Made by a program: the position numbers and the translations under genes. A stretch of DNA of 64,000 nucleotides, taken from the NCBI GenBank assembly GCA_013265495.1, contig MU061578.1, forward strand, positions 4,041,308 to 4,105,307, written 5' to 3'. This stretch comes from Vicugna vicugna. Taxonomy: Eukaryota. This document shows positions 46,051-63,356 of the stretch, in pieces. The notes under the pieces are model-generated. The model was not told the DNA's origin. It saw only the letters and a program-made list of their open reading frames with translations, and did no database searches. Position 1 is the stretch's first letter. Each line of letters begins with the position of its first letter.

Positions 46051-47284
46051 GGAGCCAGGCTGGGTGGCGGGTGGGGAGGGAGCTGGCGGTGGAGGTCTGG
46101 CCTCCGGCCTCCTCCTCCCTCCTTGGAAGGCTGTGGGCTCCCTTGCCCAGGTGGTCTTTGGGGACCAACCACCCACTGGGAGGGGTCATCAGCGGGGCTG
46201 AGCAGGGCTGGGCTTCAGGACAAGCATGGGCCGGGGAAGAGGGGCACCTGAGTCTTTGCACACAAGCAGCCATGCCCAGAGACCAAAGCTAGGGTCACGA
46301 GACACCCCAGCAAGGAAGAGGGGACCAGAACTGTGAGCAAGACCCGCAGCAGGACAGCAGGGAGGAGCGGGAGGCCGGCACAGTTCCCATGACTCCCAGC
46401 AATGCCTGTGGACTCCCCTGCCCCTCCCCCGAGACAAGGTGCTGTTTTCTGGCCAACTGGGAGCCCTCTCTCACTCTCTGAACCACCTTCCCTTTCTTCC
46501 TCCCCCTGCCCAGGGCTCTGACCAGGAGGCCTCCCTGCTGTTGGGGTGGGGGTAGGGGGCTCCCAACCAAGGAGAGAGCCAGTCCCACCCTGTCAGGCAC
46601 CTCCTCAAATCCCACCCCTCCCCAGTCCTGCCAGCCCCAGGCCTTCCTTCAGCACCGCCAGCTGACCCGCCTGAGTGCCCAGGCCAGGGACACTCACTCC
46701 CCTAACAGGGAACCCACAGAAACCTGGGACAGTGGCTGCATTTACTAGAATTAGAAGGGACGGAGAAATGGCTCACCCTCATGGCCCCCTGCAGCCTCCA
46801 AAGTCCCCAAAGCTGCAAGGGACAGAGAGTCCCAGTCAAAGTAGCCAAGCCCAGTTCCCGGACTCAGTGTGGGCACCTCAGGAACTCTTACAACCGCAGA
46901 CACTCGTAGGGGGTGGGCCAAGGGAACCCCCTGTCTCGCCTGGCACCTGGGCAGAACCACATCAGCATGTTTATCAAGAGCCACAGCGTCCCTGAGCTGG
47001 GATGTGGGCTCTGCTGTCCAGGGCCTCAAACCCACTTGCATCCCATCCCCTGAACCGGCTCCCTTCTTGCTTCCCTGCTTCTCTCTCTGGGGACTTCTCT
47101 CTCCCCGAGTCGTGATTCTATCAGCATTGATTTGTCACTCACCCTCGCAGCAGGACAAGATGCACTACTTGTCTGGCCGGTGACTGCAGCCTCCACCCTG
47201 CAGGCTACCCACTGCTCCTGCCATGTCCACCCGCCTGTGGTATCTACCACCTTTGGTCTCTCTCTAAATGTCACCTGCCTCTGA

Positions 47285-48250
<966 letters not shown>

Positions 48251-48965
48251 CGATCAAGCAAGGGTCAGTGGGGGTGAGCCGAGGGTAACAAGGGTCTGGA
48301 CTCTCCTTATCACTGTCCTGAAAGGAGACCTCGGGGACCTCCAGCCAGGGCAGCCACCAGCAGGACAAGCTGGCTCAGGTCGGGACTCCCCAGGCCAGGG
48401 CAGGGAATGGGCATGGGCCCTCCAGGATCTCTGCCCACAGGAGGGGAGGATGGGGTAGGAGCTGTTGTGGCCCCTCAGAGGCAGTGGGCTCAGGGGGTCC
48501 ACATGCTGTGTGAGCCCCATTCCCCTCTAGACCAGCCTGGGAGATTCCAGTCAGTGGCAAGGGCACCCTTCCACACGGCCCACCCACCCGGCTGGTCCCA
48601 GGGCTGCCCCTCCTCCTGGCAATGTCTGCAGCTGGTGGCAGGGCCAGTGGCCCTGAGAGGCCAAGAGTTTCCTGGAGGGTCAGGGAGAGGGGGCAGGTCT
48701 GAGTGCGCAAACGAATGCACTGTTTGCTCCTAGATGAAGGCAGAAGAGCCGCTTCCTCTGGGGGTCTGGTTCCAAGTGGGTCTCTGGCCACCGTGCCTGT
48801 GGACAGAAGGCCCTGGGGGGAGCGGCTGGGCCTGGGGCTCAGCTGGCTTGGGCGGGAGCAGGAGTTCTGGGAGTCCAGGAAAGGGGCCTCTTAGTCACTC
48901 TCCTGCCTGGGACCTCCTGACTCCCTGGGAGAGAATTCTGGACACTGATGGGCACAAGGGCATGT

Positions 48966-49092
48966 TTATTTTGGGGAAAGGGGTAGGGATAAAAGCCGGT
49001 GGGCAGGCTTCTGGCCGAGGGGTTTCTCCAAGACCACTCTGGGCCTCCGCCGGGCCACCAGGTTCATGAGGACCGCCTTCCACTGCAGCCAC
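48966..49092 (-). CDS. CCDC154: CCDC154 exon 17 (last)
   Basis: [44 protein letters not shown] lies within AATAAA 48965-48970. Confidence 0.88.
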
Positions 49093-52000
49093 CTGCCCAG
49101 AGACATGGCTCACAGCCCCGGACCCCGCCTCCGCCCACTGCCCTCAGGGCCTCCCCCAGCCCTGAACCTGGACCTGGAGGGGTCTCCAGCAGGTGGCTCC
49201 CCACTGCCCACCTCACGGCCTGATACATGCCCCAGCAGTTCACTGGGACCACCTCTCCAGGGCCCACGTCCTTGATGAAGAACTGCTGCCTCACCAGGGA
49301 CATGAGGACCCTCTTGCTGCCCAGCGTCAGGGCCCAGGGGCCCTCCTCACTCCACAGGCGCATCACGCTCTCCCGCAGTGTGGCCATCTCCTCCATGCGC
49401 TGTGGACGTAGGGGCATTGGGGTTGCCGTGGTGGCCAGGGCGGGGGGTGGGTGGTGGGAGTTGACACAGGAATGCAGGAATAGGACCAGAGTGGGGGCGG
49501 GACAGTGAACGAGATTTATCTCTTTCTGGGCAAATCCAGGCCTTATCTGCTGGGAAACACTGCAGGGGCCAAACATGCAGACAGGCAGACCAAAAAGCTA
49601 GGAGGTGGCCAAGCTGGGGGTAGGGGCGAGGGGAGCTGGGAGTCAGGCTCCACATGGAGAAAGGTGGCCCACCTGGAGGGCCTGGGAGACTCCAGAGCCT
49701 CGAGGGTGGGGGTGGGGGTGGGGGTGCAAACACCAGGTCAGGGGCCGCCTCTCACCAGTTTGGTTTCTGTATTAAACTTGAGGTTCTGGATGGTCTTATT
49801 ATCCTGGATGCTGTTTTCCAATTTCATTATTTGGTTCTGAAACTAAACACAGTCCTCACTTCGTGGACACAGATGCAGGGAGTCTGCAGACCTGAAGGCG
49901 GCCCCTGCCTCAATCACTTGGGGTAGAAATGGGCCTCCAACATGCGGGTCCTCGCCTCTCAGTAAATGACAAGGCGGGACCCAGCCAGAGTTCAGGGCTG
50001 CACCTTTCATAGTGACTGGTGACGCACTGCAGTGTCTGGGGCTCCAGACAGGTGCTCCCACTTGGTACTTCCAGAGGCTGAGACGTGAGAGCCACCCAGA
50101 AGGATGACTGGTTCCATGAGCCTTGCCCCCAGGCAGGTGTCCTGGATCTGAGCCTCCCTGGATGGGAGGAGGTCTGCCTGGGCCCCTCGGAAGGGGTTGT
50201 CCCCTGTCTGAGCCAGATTCCCCAGCCCCCTCCCTGAGTGTGCCCAGACCTAGGGGCCCAGGGGTACCGTGGCCAGCTTGCCCTGGATCTCGGCGATCTT
50301 CCGCCCGGGGTTGCCCCCTCTGAGCAGCTGCACAGAGGACAGCAGAGAGGCCAGCTCTTGCCGGATGGCCTCAACCTCGAACTTTCTGTGGGCAAAAGAG
50401 GCCGGGGCTGCTGGGCTGTGGGGGGTACTTGGAGGCAGGGCAGATGGAGGGAGGAGATCCTGGGCAGAGCACGGGATGCTCAGCCTTGTGACCCCTCCAG
50501 AGGGGACTGGGGGAGGGGGGTTCCCCAGCAGGTGACAGAAGGGAAAGGCCAGACCTGGGCTGGTGAGGGGTCAGGACTGCTACAGACGCAGGGGATTGGG
50601 GAGGACCACCGTCAGGAAGCCCTGAGATGTAGCAGGGTTGCTCTGAGACAGCTGTGCACTCTGAGGTGGGAGCAGCCCAGCCCCTGACAGCCAGCAGAGC
50701 TTACCCGCCTCCCCAGGACTGCGGTCCTGCCAGGCTGTGGCAGTGAGCTGGGGGCCTCACCTGGCTTTGGTCTCGGTGGAGATCTTGAGGTCGGAGTCAC
50801 TCTTGTGAAGGACACACTTGTCGGAAACAGCCTCTATCTGAAACGCGGAGCCGGCAGGCGGCTAAGGGCGGCGCAGCTGGGAAGGAGGGAGGCTGCGCCC
50901 CTGGCCCTCACTCACCTGCCGGGGCAGGCTGTCCACTTTCTCCTGCACCTCTCGCAGGTGTGCCTCAGCCTCCTCTCGACTCCGGGCCAGGCTTTCCCGA
51001 GATCTCTTCTCTGCGACTTCCCACTCATTCTGTGCCTGGGGTGCAGATACCCAGTGAGGGCCAGAGCCCACCCAGAGAGGGAGGGTGGACAGGCAGCTAG
51101 ACTGGGCCCTTTGGAGCCAGAGTCAGACCCAAGATGGTCGCAGTCATGCAGCAGAGCTCCTGGAGGGCACATGGCTCCTGCCTCGACTCCGAGCATGTCC
51201 ACACTGACCACACAAGCCCCAGATGGGGCACACTCTGGGGACGCAGATCCTTCCTGGAGGGAGCACCGGACTGAGCAGAGCCACGTCCCTAAGAGGAAGG
51301 CCTGTCTCACTCCCTCGCCTGAACCAGCCCCAGCTGCCCATGAGTCAGTATGGACAGGGAGACAACAGGAAGCCTGCTCACACATGCAGAACGGGGGACG
51401 GGGGCCCGTGCCAAAGGCTGTACATGTGTATTCACAGCAGCACTAAGGGTATCAAAAGGGCAACATCGCAGTGTCCATCAAGGGACAGATGGATGAAAGC
51501 CTGTGGTCCATCCACACAATGGAATGTTACTCAGCCGTAACAAGGAAGCACTGACACATGCTGCAACACGGGTGAACCTCAAACATGTGATGCTGATCAC
51601 AAAAGGCCACATAGTGAACTATTTGCTTTACACAAAGTGTCCAGAACCAGCAAATCCACAGAGACAGAAAGCAGATCAGTGGTTGCCGGAGTCAGGGAGG
51701 GGAGTGACCGTTGATGACTCGGTGGTGGGGGGGTCCTTTTAGGGGGATGGAAAAGTTCTAAAAGTGATTGTGGTGCTGGTTTTAAAAGAATGACTGAATT
51801 ATATACTTTGAAAGGCTGAATTGTATGGTGTGTGCACTGAACCTCAATAAAGCTGATAGAAAAAGAGAAAAAAGAACTTAAGGATGGAGGCTGTTTTGCT
51901 GGCCCCTCTGTGGAGCCCTTCCTGTGGTTGGGACCCCAGGACCTCTCACCCTGGGCCACCCTGCTCCGAGCAGGAGGTCTGTGGGCCTCAGGGCCATCCT

Positions 52001-55000
52001 GGGTGTGGTGGACAGCTGTTGGGTGAGCTTGGGATCCGCCACTCAGGCCTCTAACCTCAGGGGTGATGGACATGGCTGGGGAGCATGAGGGGCGCCAGGA
52101 TCCCCCATCCAGGCGCCCTCCCCCAGGCAGCTCCGTGGCTTTTACCTTGTGAAGCCGCATGCTCAGCGTCTGCTCCTGCAGGTCCAGCTTCCAGCTCAGG
52201 GCCAGGAAGTGGTCACTCATGTCCTTCACCTGCTTGACCAGCTCAGCCACAGACACCTCCAGGGCCTGGCTCTTCTCTCGGAGCTGTGAGAGATGGGGCT
52301 GAGTGTGCTGCCTGCATCAGTGGGGGACTGCACAAGGACAGCTGCCCCAGGGCTGCCCCCTTACCAGTTCCAGGGCGCTGTGTGTCTCCTGCTGGGCCAG
52401 CTCGCCGGCCAGCTGCATGGCCTCCAGGCTCTCCTGCAGGTAGGTAGCCAGCTCCCCGGCCCTGCTGTCCTCCAAGTGCCCTTTGGCTTCCCTGGGGGTT
52501 GGTGCCACTGAGAAAGACTGTCCCTCAGCCAAGGCTGGCAACCCCTCGGCACTGGGCCAGGGCTGAGAGCCTGGCTGCTGGCTTCAGAACCTTCTAGGAA
52601 GCCCCAGGGAGGAGATGATGAGTGTCATCACAAGGGCCACCGAGACAGGGCTGTGTCCAATCCTGCCACACAGAGCTCCCCCAAGGGGGACAGGCTCCCA
52701 CAAGGGCAGCTACTCTGGCCCAGGGTACCTGGCTGGGCCTCATGCTGGGCTCAGGGCCATTCCTGCCCGCCCTACCTTCAGCTCCACTCAGACACCCACC
52801 AGGCCTTCTGCTCGGCCAGCAGGACACGGTTCAGGGACACCTGGTTCTGCTGCACGAACTTGGTCAGCTGGATCACTGCCTTGTCCAGGCCCCGGCACTG
52901 TTCCAGGAGGTGGCATTCTTCCTGCTGCCATGCAGAGGCAGCCTGAGACCCACCCCAGCTCCCAGCCCAGGCCCGGCCCGTGCCCGCCCCACCACTCACC
53001 TGGCACTGTCCCCGCAGGGCCTGCACACGCTCTGCATCCAGCTCCTGGAGCTGCTGCCACCGGCTCTCCAGCTCCTCCCGCAGGCTGCTCTCTGCCCTCA
53101 GCCGCGCACTCTCTGAGGTCTTCATCCTCTACCAGGGTACCCAGCCCATCTGCCGTGAGCCAGGTGTGTGGGGGATGTGACCAACCCACCAGCCCGCAAA
53201 TGCCCACCTTCTCAAGGGCCAGGAAGCTCTTCTGCAGGAAGCCACATAGCTTGGCTTCCCTCTTGAGGAAGCGGAGGCTCATCTCCTCCCCTAGCTTGGT
53301 CATCTGGGCCTGTGGAGGAGGGTCTACATAGTCACCACTTTGCCTATCCACCCCCACCCACCATGCCATTGCCAACTTGCTTGTTCTCCTGCCCAACCAT
53401 CTCCATTGGAGGGGGTCCTGCTCCTGTGTCCCCAGCAGGGCCGGCCCGTCGCACCATCCCTGGGAAGGCAGGCAGGCCAGGCACAAGGGCTGTGAAGCAT
53501 CTGATGGCTGAGCTCCCAGGGGCCCAGGACACACATGGTCCTCACAGCAACCACCAGACACTGCCAGGGAAGGTGACACAGCAGCCACCATATCACACCC
53601 TTACCAGGAGCCCGGGGAAGGGTGGCTAAGGGCACATGAGCACACAGTCACGCACATACCTGTGCACAAATGATCGCACACTCCTGCAGGTATGCACATA
53701 CCTGTACACATGTGTGCATGCACACACTTTTGCCCTTGCCCTCCAGGCCCAGGGTGGGGCCCATCCCGCCATCCCGCCATCGGCTCCTGTCCTGCTACAC
53801 CAAGAGGTCGGGGTGCAGGAGACTGGGGTCCAGGCCCAGTCCGGCTGTCTCCCCTCCTCACACACCCACAGGGCAGGCAGGGCTCTTGCACGAGGCACCC
53901 TCTCCGCAGCCACAAGTCCTTCTAGGGCTGGGAGGGATGTCCACAGCCCGCAGAGCAGGTGTGCCCTGAGTCTCCGCCAGCCTCCCTCCCCTGTTTCTGT
54001 AAAGAGCCAGAGGGCAGACACTTTGATTTTGTGGGCCACAGGGTCTCTGTCATAACCCCTCAGCTCTGCGGTTCCAGCACAAACACAGTCATGGGCAACA
54101 GTAAACGTACGGCCATGGGCTGACAAAACTTTATGCGTAAAACCAGGCAGCAGCTGCAGGGTGCAGACCCCAGACTCGAGGCACACTCGGGGAGAGGTGA
54201 GCTGGGCATGTCGGTAATCCCTGGGCTCAGTGCCTCCTGGAGATCCTGCCTTTCAATGGAGCAAAGACACTAAATTTCTCACAGGGCAGTGGACGGGGGA
54301 GGCCACCGGAGCTGGGCAGCTAAGCTATGCAGGCAGCAGCTGGGGACGTGGTGCAGTCCCTGGTCTCTATTTGCAGAGCTGATGAGGCTGAGTCTCAAGG
54401 AGCTACCCCTGTCCCCTGCCCCGCCTTCTAGGGCTACAGGCTCTGGCCCAGGAGCAAGGCCCCAGGGAGATGTGTCTTCAGGAAGGGACTTCCACCTGGC
54501 TTGGAGAGAAGCACCAAGGCTGAAAATTGTTGAGGAAGGGGCTACAGGTGCAGGTTACACAGGGAGGGAGAGGTGGGGGAGCAGTAGCCCAGATGGAACT
54601 TTGTGATGGATGGCACGCTCCATTTTGGCGCTGCCAAATCAGCAGTCACTGGCAATGTGGTGCGGCTTGTGTGACCAAGGAACTGAGTTGTAAATTGTCT
54701 AAGATGTCAGCTAATTTCAATACACAGAGACATCTGCGGCTGGTGGCTACCACAGCACAGGACTTAGGGGTCAGCCCCCAGGTCCAAACACATGGACAGA
54801 AGCATAAAGAGAGTAGAATGTGGGAAGAATCCGCCGATGGAAAAGATGCGGGCTGGGGGACCGCGGGGGTCTCCTGCACAGACCGTCTTGCTGGCAGCTC
54901 AGCTAGCTGCCCAGATGCCAGAGTCCTGGCCTCAGGAGTACCTGCATCCTGGCCACTTCCTGGTCCACCCTCTGGCTGGCCTCCTCCTGGCTCTTCTGCA

Positions 55001-56569
55001 GGGCTCCACAGGCTACCCCTCGGTTCCTTTCCTCCTGCTTCAGTTTCCCGGTCAGCTCAGCCAACCTAGGGGCAATGGCTGCAGGTCACAGCAGCCCAGT
55101 GGGCCAGAGGGCTTGGCTGGGAAGACACAGAGAGGCTGGTGGGGCCCCCAGACACTAAGAGTCCTTTTTAGGCCAGGACCAGCAGCTGGAGGGCCTAGAC
55201 CGAGCGTACAGCCCGCCTGGGTAAACACACCCATTTCCGTGTCCCCACCTGTCATTGAGAGCTGGGCTGATGAGGAAGGTGATGGGGTGGGGACCCCGGG
55301 CTGGTCTGTTTTCCCCACAGAGGGTCCATAGGCCCTGATGTCCCTTGTTAATCAGCAGCTTGGATGCCTTCCTGCCTTGGTGACTCACTCCCATTTGACC
55401 ACTTGGGTTCAGAGACAGCACCCCCGGGGGCCCACCTGAGGCTGGCCTCCTGCTCGGCGCCCTTCCGCTCAGAGTCCTGGAGTGCCTGCTTCCTCCTGAT
55501 CTGGGTCAGGGCCTCCCGGACCTCCACCAGCCTGGCACACAAAAGCTGCTTCTGCCTGGGGCCTGCCTAGCCCTGCTCTGGGTGGCCAGGAGCAGGCTGG
55601 GCAGCCTTTGGAGTGGAGGCTCCACCAAGGGGCCCAGCAACAAGCCTCCCGCCCCTTTCCCAGGCTCCATGGGGCATATCTGCTTGGCTGAGCAAGACAT
55701 CGAATGGGGGGAACTGGAAGCTTGCGGCTGAGGCCCCAACAGGGCTGGCACCAGCTGGGGTTTCCCCAAGCCCCTTTCCCTCCCACTAAGCCTGCACCAC
55801 GAGTACTGGGGGTACCTCTTGTCCAGAGCCTGCATCTGGTTCTGGCTCTGCAGGCCGGGGAACTGCAAGGTGGAGGTGTGGGGTGAGTGCAGGCCAGGGC
55901 CCTCTCAGCCCTCCCAGAACAAACACAGCAGCGTCACGGAGCCCGACCCTGGGGACTGTCTAGGTTCTCGGTCTGGGCAGAGGGGCTGAGCTGGGCTCAG
56001 GGTCCAGGAAACAGCTGGCGGGATACCCGGGGTCGAGGAAGCCTGGCCCATGGGCGGGGACACTGCCTTACCTGGAGGGCCTCCTTCTCGGGGGCCTGAG
56101 CCACCTGCTGCACCTCCTGCTGCAGCTTCTTGAGCTCTGAGTCCTGCAGCTGCAGGCCAGCCCGCACCTGCAGAAGCTCCCGCAGCAGCAGCAGCGTGGC
56201 ACGCTCACAGCGGGCTTTGTGTCCCCGCAGGGACGCCACCTCGGCCTGCAGGTCAGCCACCCTGGAAGGGCGAGGAATAGGCCAAGTTGGCTGCATGTGC
56301 TGGGGGGTTGGGGGGACTGACCATGTGGTTCCCCTGCCCCTGTGGGGCTCACCATTGCTCCAGCTGCTTCCAGCGCTTGGGGGTGTCCTGTTCCGGGATG
56401 GAAGCAGTGGATGCCGGACAGCTGGACTCATACCTCTCCGAGACCTCCTCCAGACTTAAGGGCTCAGGGCTGGCCAGCCCTTCCTCCAGAAGCCCCAGGT
56501 CCTCTGGGGTGACGGTGCTCAGCTGGGAGCGGGGCGAGGCCCCTGATGAGGGGTCGCAGTCAGCCAGCT
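48966..56569 (-). CDS. CCDC154: CCDC154 coiled-coil protein, exons 2-17 (start codon unresolved)
   Basis: 16 GT/AG exons totalling 2012 nt in one open frame from (E)[12 protein letters not shown]... to ...LSLPLSPK*; position between PERCC1 and CLCN7. Confidence 0.92.
49212..49399 (-). CDS. CCDC154: CCDC154 exon 16
   Basis: [22 protein letters not shown]...[14 protein letters not shown]. Confidence 0.9.
49756..49842 (-). CDS. CCDC154: CCDC154 exon 15
   Basis: [29 protein letters not shown]; alternative in-frame acceptor would start at 49836. Confidence 0.88.
50268..50385 (-). CDS. CCDC154: CCDC154 exon 14
   Basis: [39 protein letters not shown]. Confidence 0.9.
50761..50837 (-). CDS. CCDC154: CCDC154 exon 13
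   Basis: [26 protein letters not shown]. Confidence 0.9.
50916..51035 (-). CDS. CCDC154: CCDC154 exon 12
   Basis: [40 protein letters not shown]. Confidence 0.9.
51420..51860 (+). mobile_element. Old LINE-1 3' end in CCDC154 intron 11
   Basis: ATCCACACAATGGAATGTTACTCAGCC, GAGACAGAAAGCAGATCAGTGGTTGCC, ACCTCAATAAAGCTG. Confidence 0.75.
52146..52283 (-). CDS. CCDC154: CCDC154 exon 11
   Basis: [46 protein letters not shown]. Confidence 0.9.
52365..52491 (-). CDS. CCDC154: CCDC154 exon 10
   Basis: [42 protein letters not shown]. Confidence 0.9.
52800..52924 (-). CDS. CCDC154: CCDC154 exon 9
   Basis: [48 protein letters not shown] tandem acceptor. Confidence 0.9.
53000..53128 (-). CDS. CCDC154: CCDC154 exon 8
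   Basis: [43 protein letters not shown]. Confidence 0.9.
53208..53309 (-). CDS. CCDC154: CCDC154 exon 7
   Basis: [34 protein letters not shown]. Confidence 0.92.
54942..55065 (-). CDS. CCDC154: CCDC154 exon 6
   Basis: [41 protein letters not shown]. Confidence 0.9.
55436..55531 (-). CDS. CCDC154: CCDC154 exon 5
   Basis: [32 protein letters not shown]. Confidence 0.9.
55816..55862 (-). CDS. CCDC154: CCDC154 exon 4
   Basis: [16 protein letters not shown]. Confidence 0.85.
56072..56261 (-). CDS. CCDC154: CCDC154 exon 3
   Basis: [34 protein letters not shown]...EKEALQ. Confidence 0.9.
56353..56569 (-). CDS. CCDC154: CCDC154 exon 2
   Basis: [49 protein letters not shown]...KRWKQLEQW. Confidence 0.88.
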
Positions 56570-57581
56570 CTGCAAGAAGGCACCTTGGGGCTCGCCATTA
56601 GGGCTGATGAGGGGAGCCGCTCCCAGATGGAGCCTGTGGTAATGGGGACCCAAGTCCCTACTGAGTGTGCCCAATGAGCTCACTGTGGCTCATCCCAGTG
56701 GGTGACAGCACAGCCCAGGGAGGGCTCAGCTCTCACTGTCCATGGCAGGAAGCTCAGGTTCAGAGCGGTCCACGCTCCCACCTGAGGACACACAGCATTG
56801 GGCAGCAGAAACAGGACAGTGCCTGCCTGGTCAGCTCCAGAGGGAGTGCCTGGGCTGTGAGGTGACCGGGGGTCAGGAGGCAGCAGTATATCATGTGGCC
56901 CAGACCATTGTGCAGGCCCTTACCTGGACAGCCCCCCAGCTCACCTGATTCAGCTTTACTAGCAGGCCCCGTCTGTGGCTTTGGCCACTGCCGAGAGTCC
57001 CTGGGCCTAACACCCCATGGCTGCCCACAGCTAGACCCCGGGGCAGTTGGGGGATGAAGGTAGGGGAGGGTGGAGGAAGGTAGGAAAGTCAGAGCTGGAA
57101 GGCCCTGTGGCCTGGGGGAAGTGCATGAAGTGTGAAGGGGTGAGCTCCCACCCTCACATCTCTCCTTCCAAAACAATGCCAACGTAGGGAGGGCAAAGGA
57201 GAAGTGGGGGCTCTTCTGGAACCTTCTTTCTCACCAGAACCTCATGATTTCATGGCCCAACTGCCAGTGGAACCTGAGCCTTCAGCTTTCCTGTCCAGCG
57301 AGGCCTGCCCAACTGCCCACTTTGGGAAGGACTGGAGGGGGTGTGGCTGCTGGCCTGTGACATAGTCAGGAGCCCCTGGCCTGGCCTGGGTGGGAGTGGT
57401 GGGGAGGCCCAGACCAACCGAACACAGCCAGTCCCACCCCCGAGGCCTTGAGGACACAAGAGGACCACGGGACGGGGCCTACGAGAGACCCTGCGGAGTG
57501 GCTGCCCCCGTGACTCCAGCTTCCCTCATAGCCACAGTGAGAAAGTGAGAAGAGACGGTGGGCTTTATCCTAATAGTCTGT

Positions 57582-57587
57582 TTTATT
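57582..57587 (-). terminator. CLCN7 distal poly(A) signal (a proximal AATAAA lies at 58301-58306)
   Basis: AATAAA on the minus strand about 1.8 kb after the stop, followed by CT/GT-rich sequence. Confidence 0.7.
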
Positions 57588-59385
57588 TGATCTGGCGTAA
57601 CTTAGGCACCGTCACATCAACACAAATCAACACAGGCTGCGGAGACAGCACATACTCTCCTCACGCCTCGTCCTGGAGGCTGGGTGGGGTGTGGGCCACG
57701 TCACGTGTGCAGTCAGTGAGGATACAGGGCCCTCACCTGGCCCAGGTGGTCCACTCTCCCTGCACTGTTGGCCACTCACGAGGGCTGGAGGGGCTTCCCT
57801 CTGACACAGTGAACAGCCCAAAGGCAACCACTTGCCTGGGGAGCTCGATGCCCGTAGGCAGCAACACCACACACCTTGAAGCTCAGCGTGTCGGGTACAA
57901 GGCAGCTGCGGAGCTGCGTGCTGATGTCCTGGGTGTACCCAAGCTTGGGGCAGGGAGGGTGGGTGAGGACACAGTAGGCCTTCCCCAAGGGCTCTGTGGG
58001 ACTCCAAGAGCGATCAGGCCAGACATCTGCATGAGGACGGTGGCTGGGGGCCCCACTCCTGTGGGACATGGGGAGGCCCCAGGTTCTTTCCCACTTAAGG
58101 TCTCTGAGCCTATCACCTGTGTCCCCTCTTCCCCCAAGGGGCATCCACCCTGGGTCACTGCCCATCTGCAATGTACAGAAAGGAGAGTCCCATTCTGGGT
58201 CACCCCACCCCCAGAGTGCCTGTGAATCTCAGGATGCTGGACCATGGTCCATACCGAGTGGGAAAGAGGAAGCTGGCACCAGCCGTCTGTGTACAGTTTG
58301 TTTATTTCTCCCATTCAGACACCCATACTTGGACCCCTACATTCCCCAGAGGGCTCCCCCACCAGGAAGAGCAGCCTTTCAAGGTCCCCACCCCCTTGAA
58401 ACGGGCTAAAACCGAAGTGCAGCACCTGCCAACCCACAACAGCACACATGTTCCTCATTACAGAAGTGGGCGGGGGAGGGGGCGAGTCACTTTAGAAAAA
58501 AAGTCTGGTGGGGCACTGGGGATACAGGATCCCATATCTGGCCTGCCCAGCCCAGGACAGGCGTGGTTCTGCTCTGGGCTCACCAGCCCATCCCAGAACT
58601 CACCTGCCCCAACCCTGGAAGCAGAGCTGCTCCAGAACACTGGCTCATGCCAGGGATCCTCAGAGGCTCATGGGGGCCCCCAAGTGCTGAAGAGATCCAC
58701 CATCCCTGTGCCATCCACACAGGCTCAGTGACAGAGGCAGAGGTGGATTCTGGGTCCAGGTCCACAGCACCGAGTGGGGGTGTGGCCCGGGGGGATATGT
58801 GGTGAGTCTAGGAGTCCAGCTCTGGGGTCTGCTCTGCAGGGCAGTCCTGCTCCCCTAAGCCCTCGCCTCCCTGTGTCCAGCTTGGGTCTCTCTCTGCTCA
58901 GACCCAAAACCTCATGGCTGCAGACTGAGCTGAGGGCTGAGAAGAACAAGATCCAAGGCCTCCGCTACAGCCTGAAGTTGCCCAGACACCGAGCTGCCAG
59001 TGCTCAGGGTGCAGTCCTTCTGCACTGGCCCCCAGGATGACAGGGGGCACAGAAGCAGCAATGGCTCCATCCTGGGGGCTGCAGCATTTGGACCCACAGG
59101 GCTCAGCTAACCAGCTGTTAGGCACATAATCACACGCACACAGACACACGCACGAGCACGCGCAAGCTCTCAGGGAGAGTTGCACAAAATGCTCCCCAGA
59201 GGTCAGGGAACAGGGGGCTGGCGCGTGAAAACCGAGGGGCTGAGACAGGAGGTGAGGAAATGGGGGTGAGAATGCAAACAAAGAGCCCACAAGAGTCACA
59301 CGCTGGCCAGGATGTCCCCAGGGTCTGGATCCATGCTGCCTGGGGAATGAGGTGAGGGTTCCGAGGAAAGTGCCAGGGCTGGATC

Positions 59386-63356
<3,971 letters not shown>

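Noticed and set aside
52615..53591. Long plus-strand and intron-spanning ORFs over CCDC154 (similar ones over CLCN7 and UNKL)
   Set aside because: Antisense or read-through shadows of GC-rich coding exons.
56557..56598. Intronic ATG just upstream of CCDC154 exon 2 as the start codon
   Set aside because: It reads [12 protein letters not shown] and stops, out of frame with exon 2.
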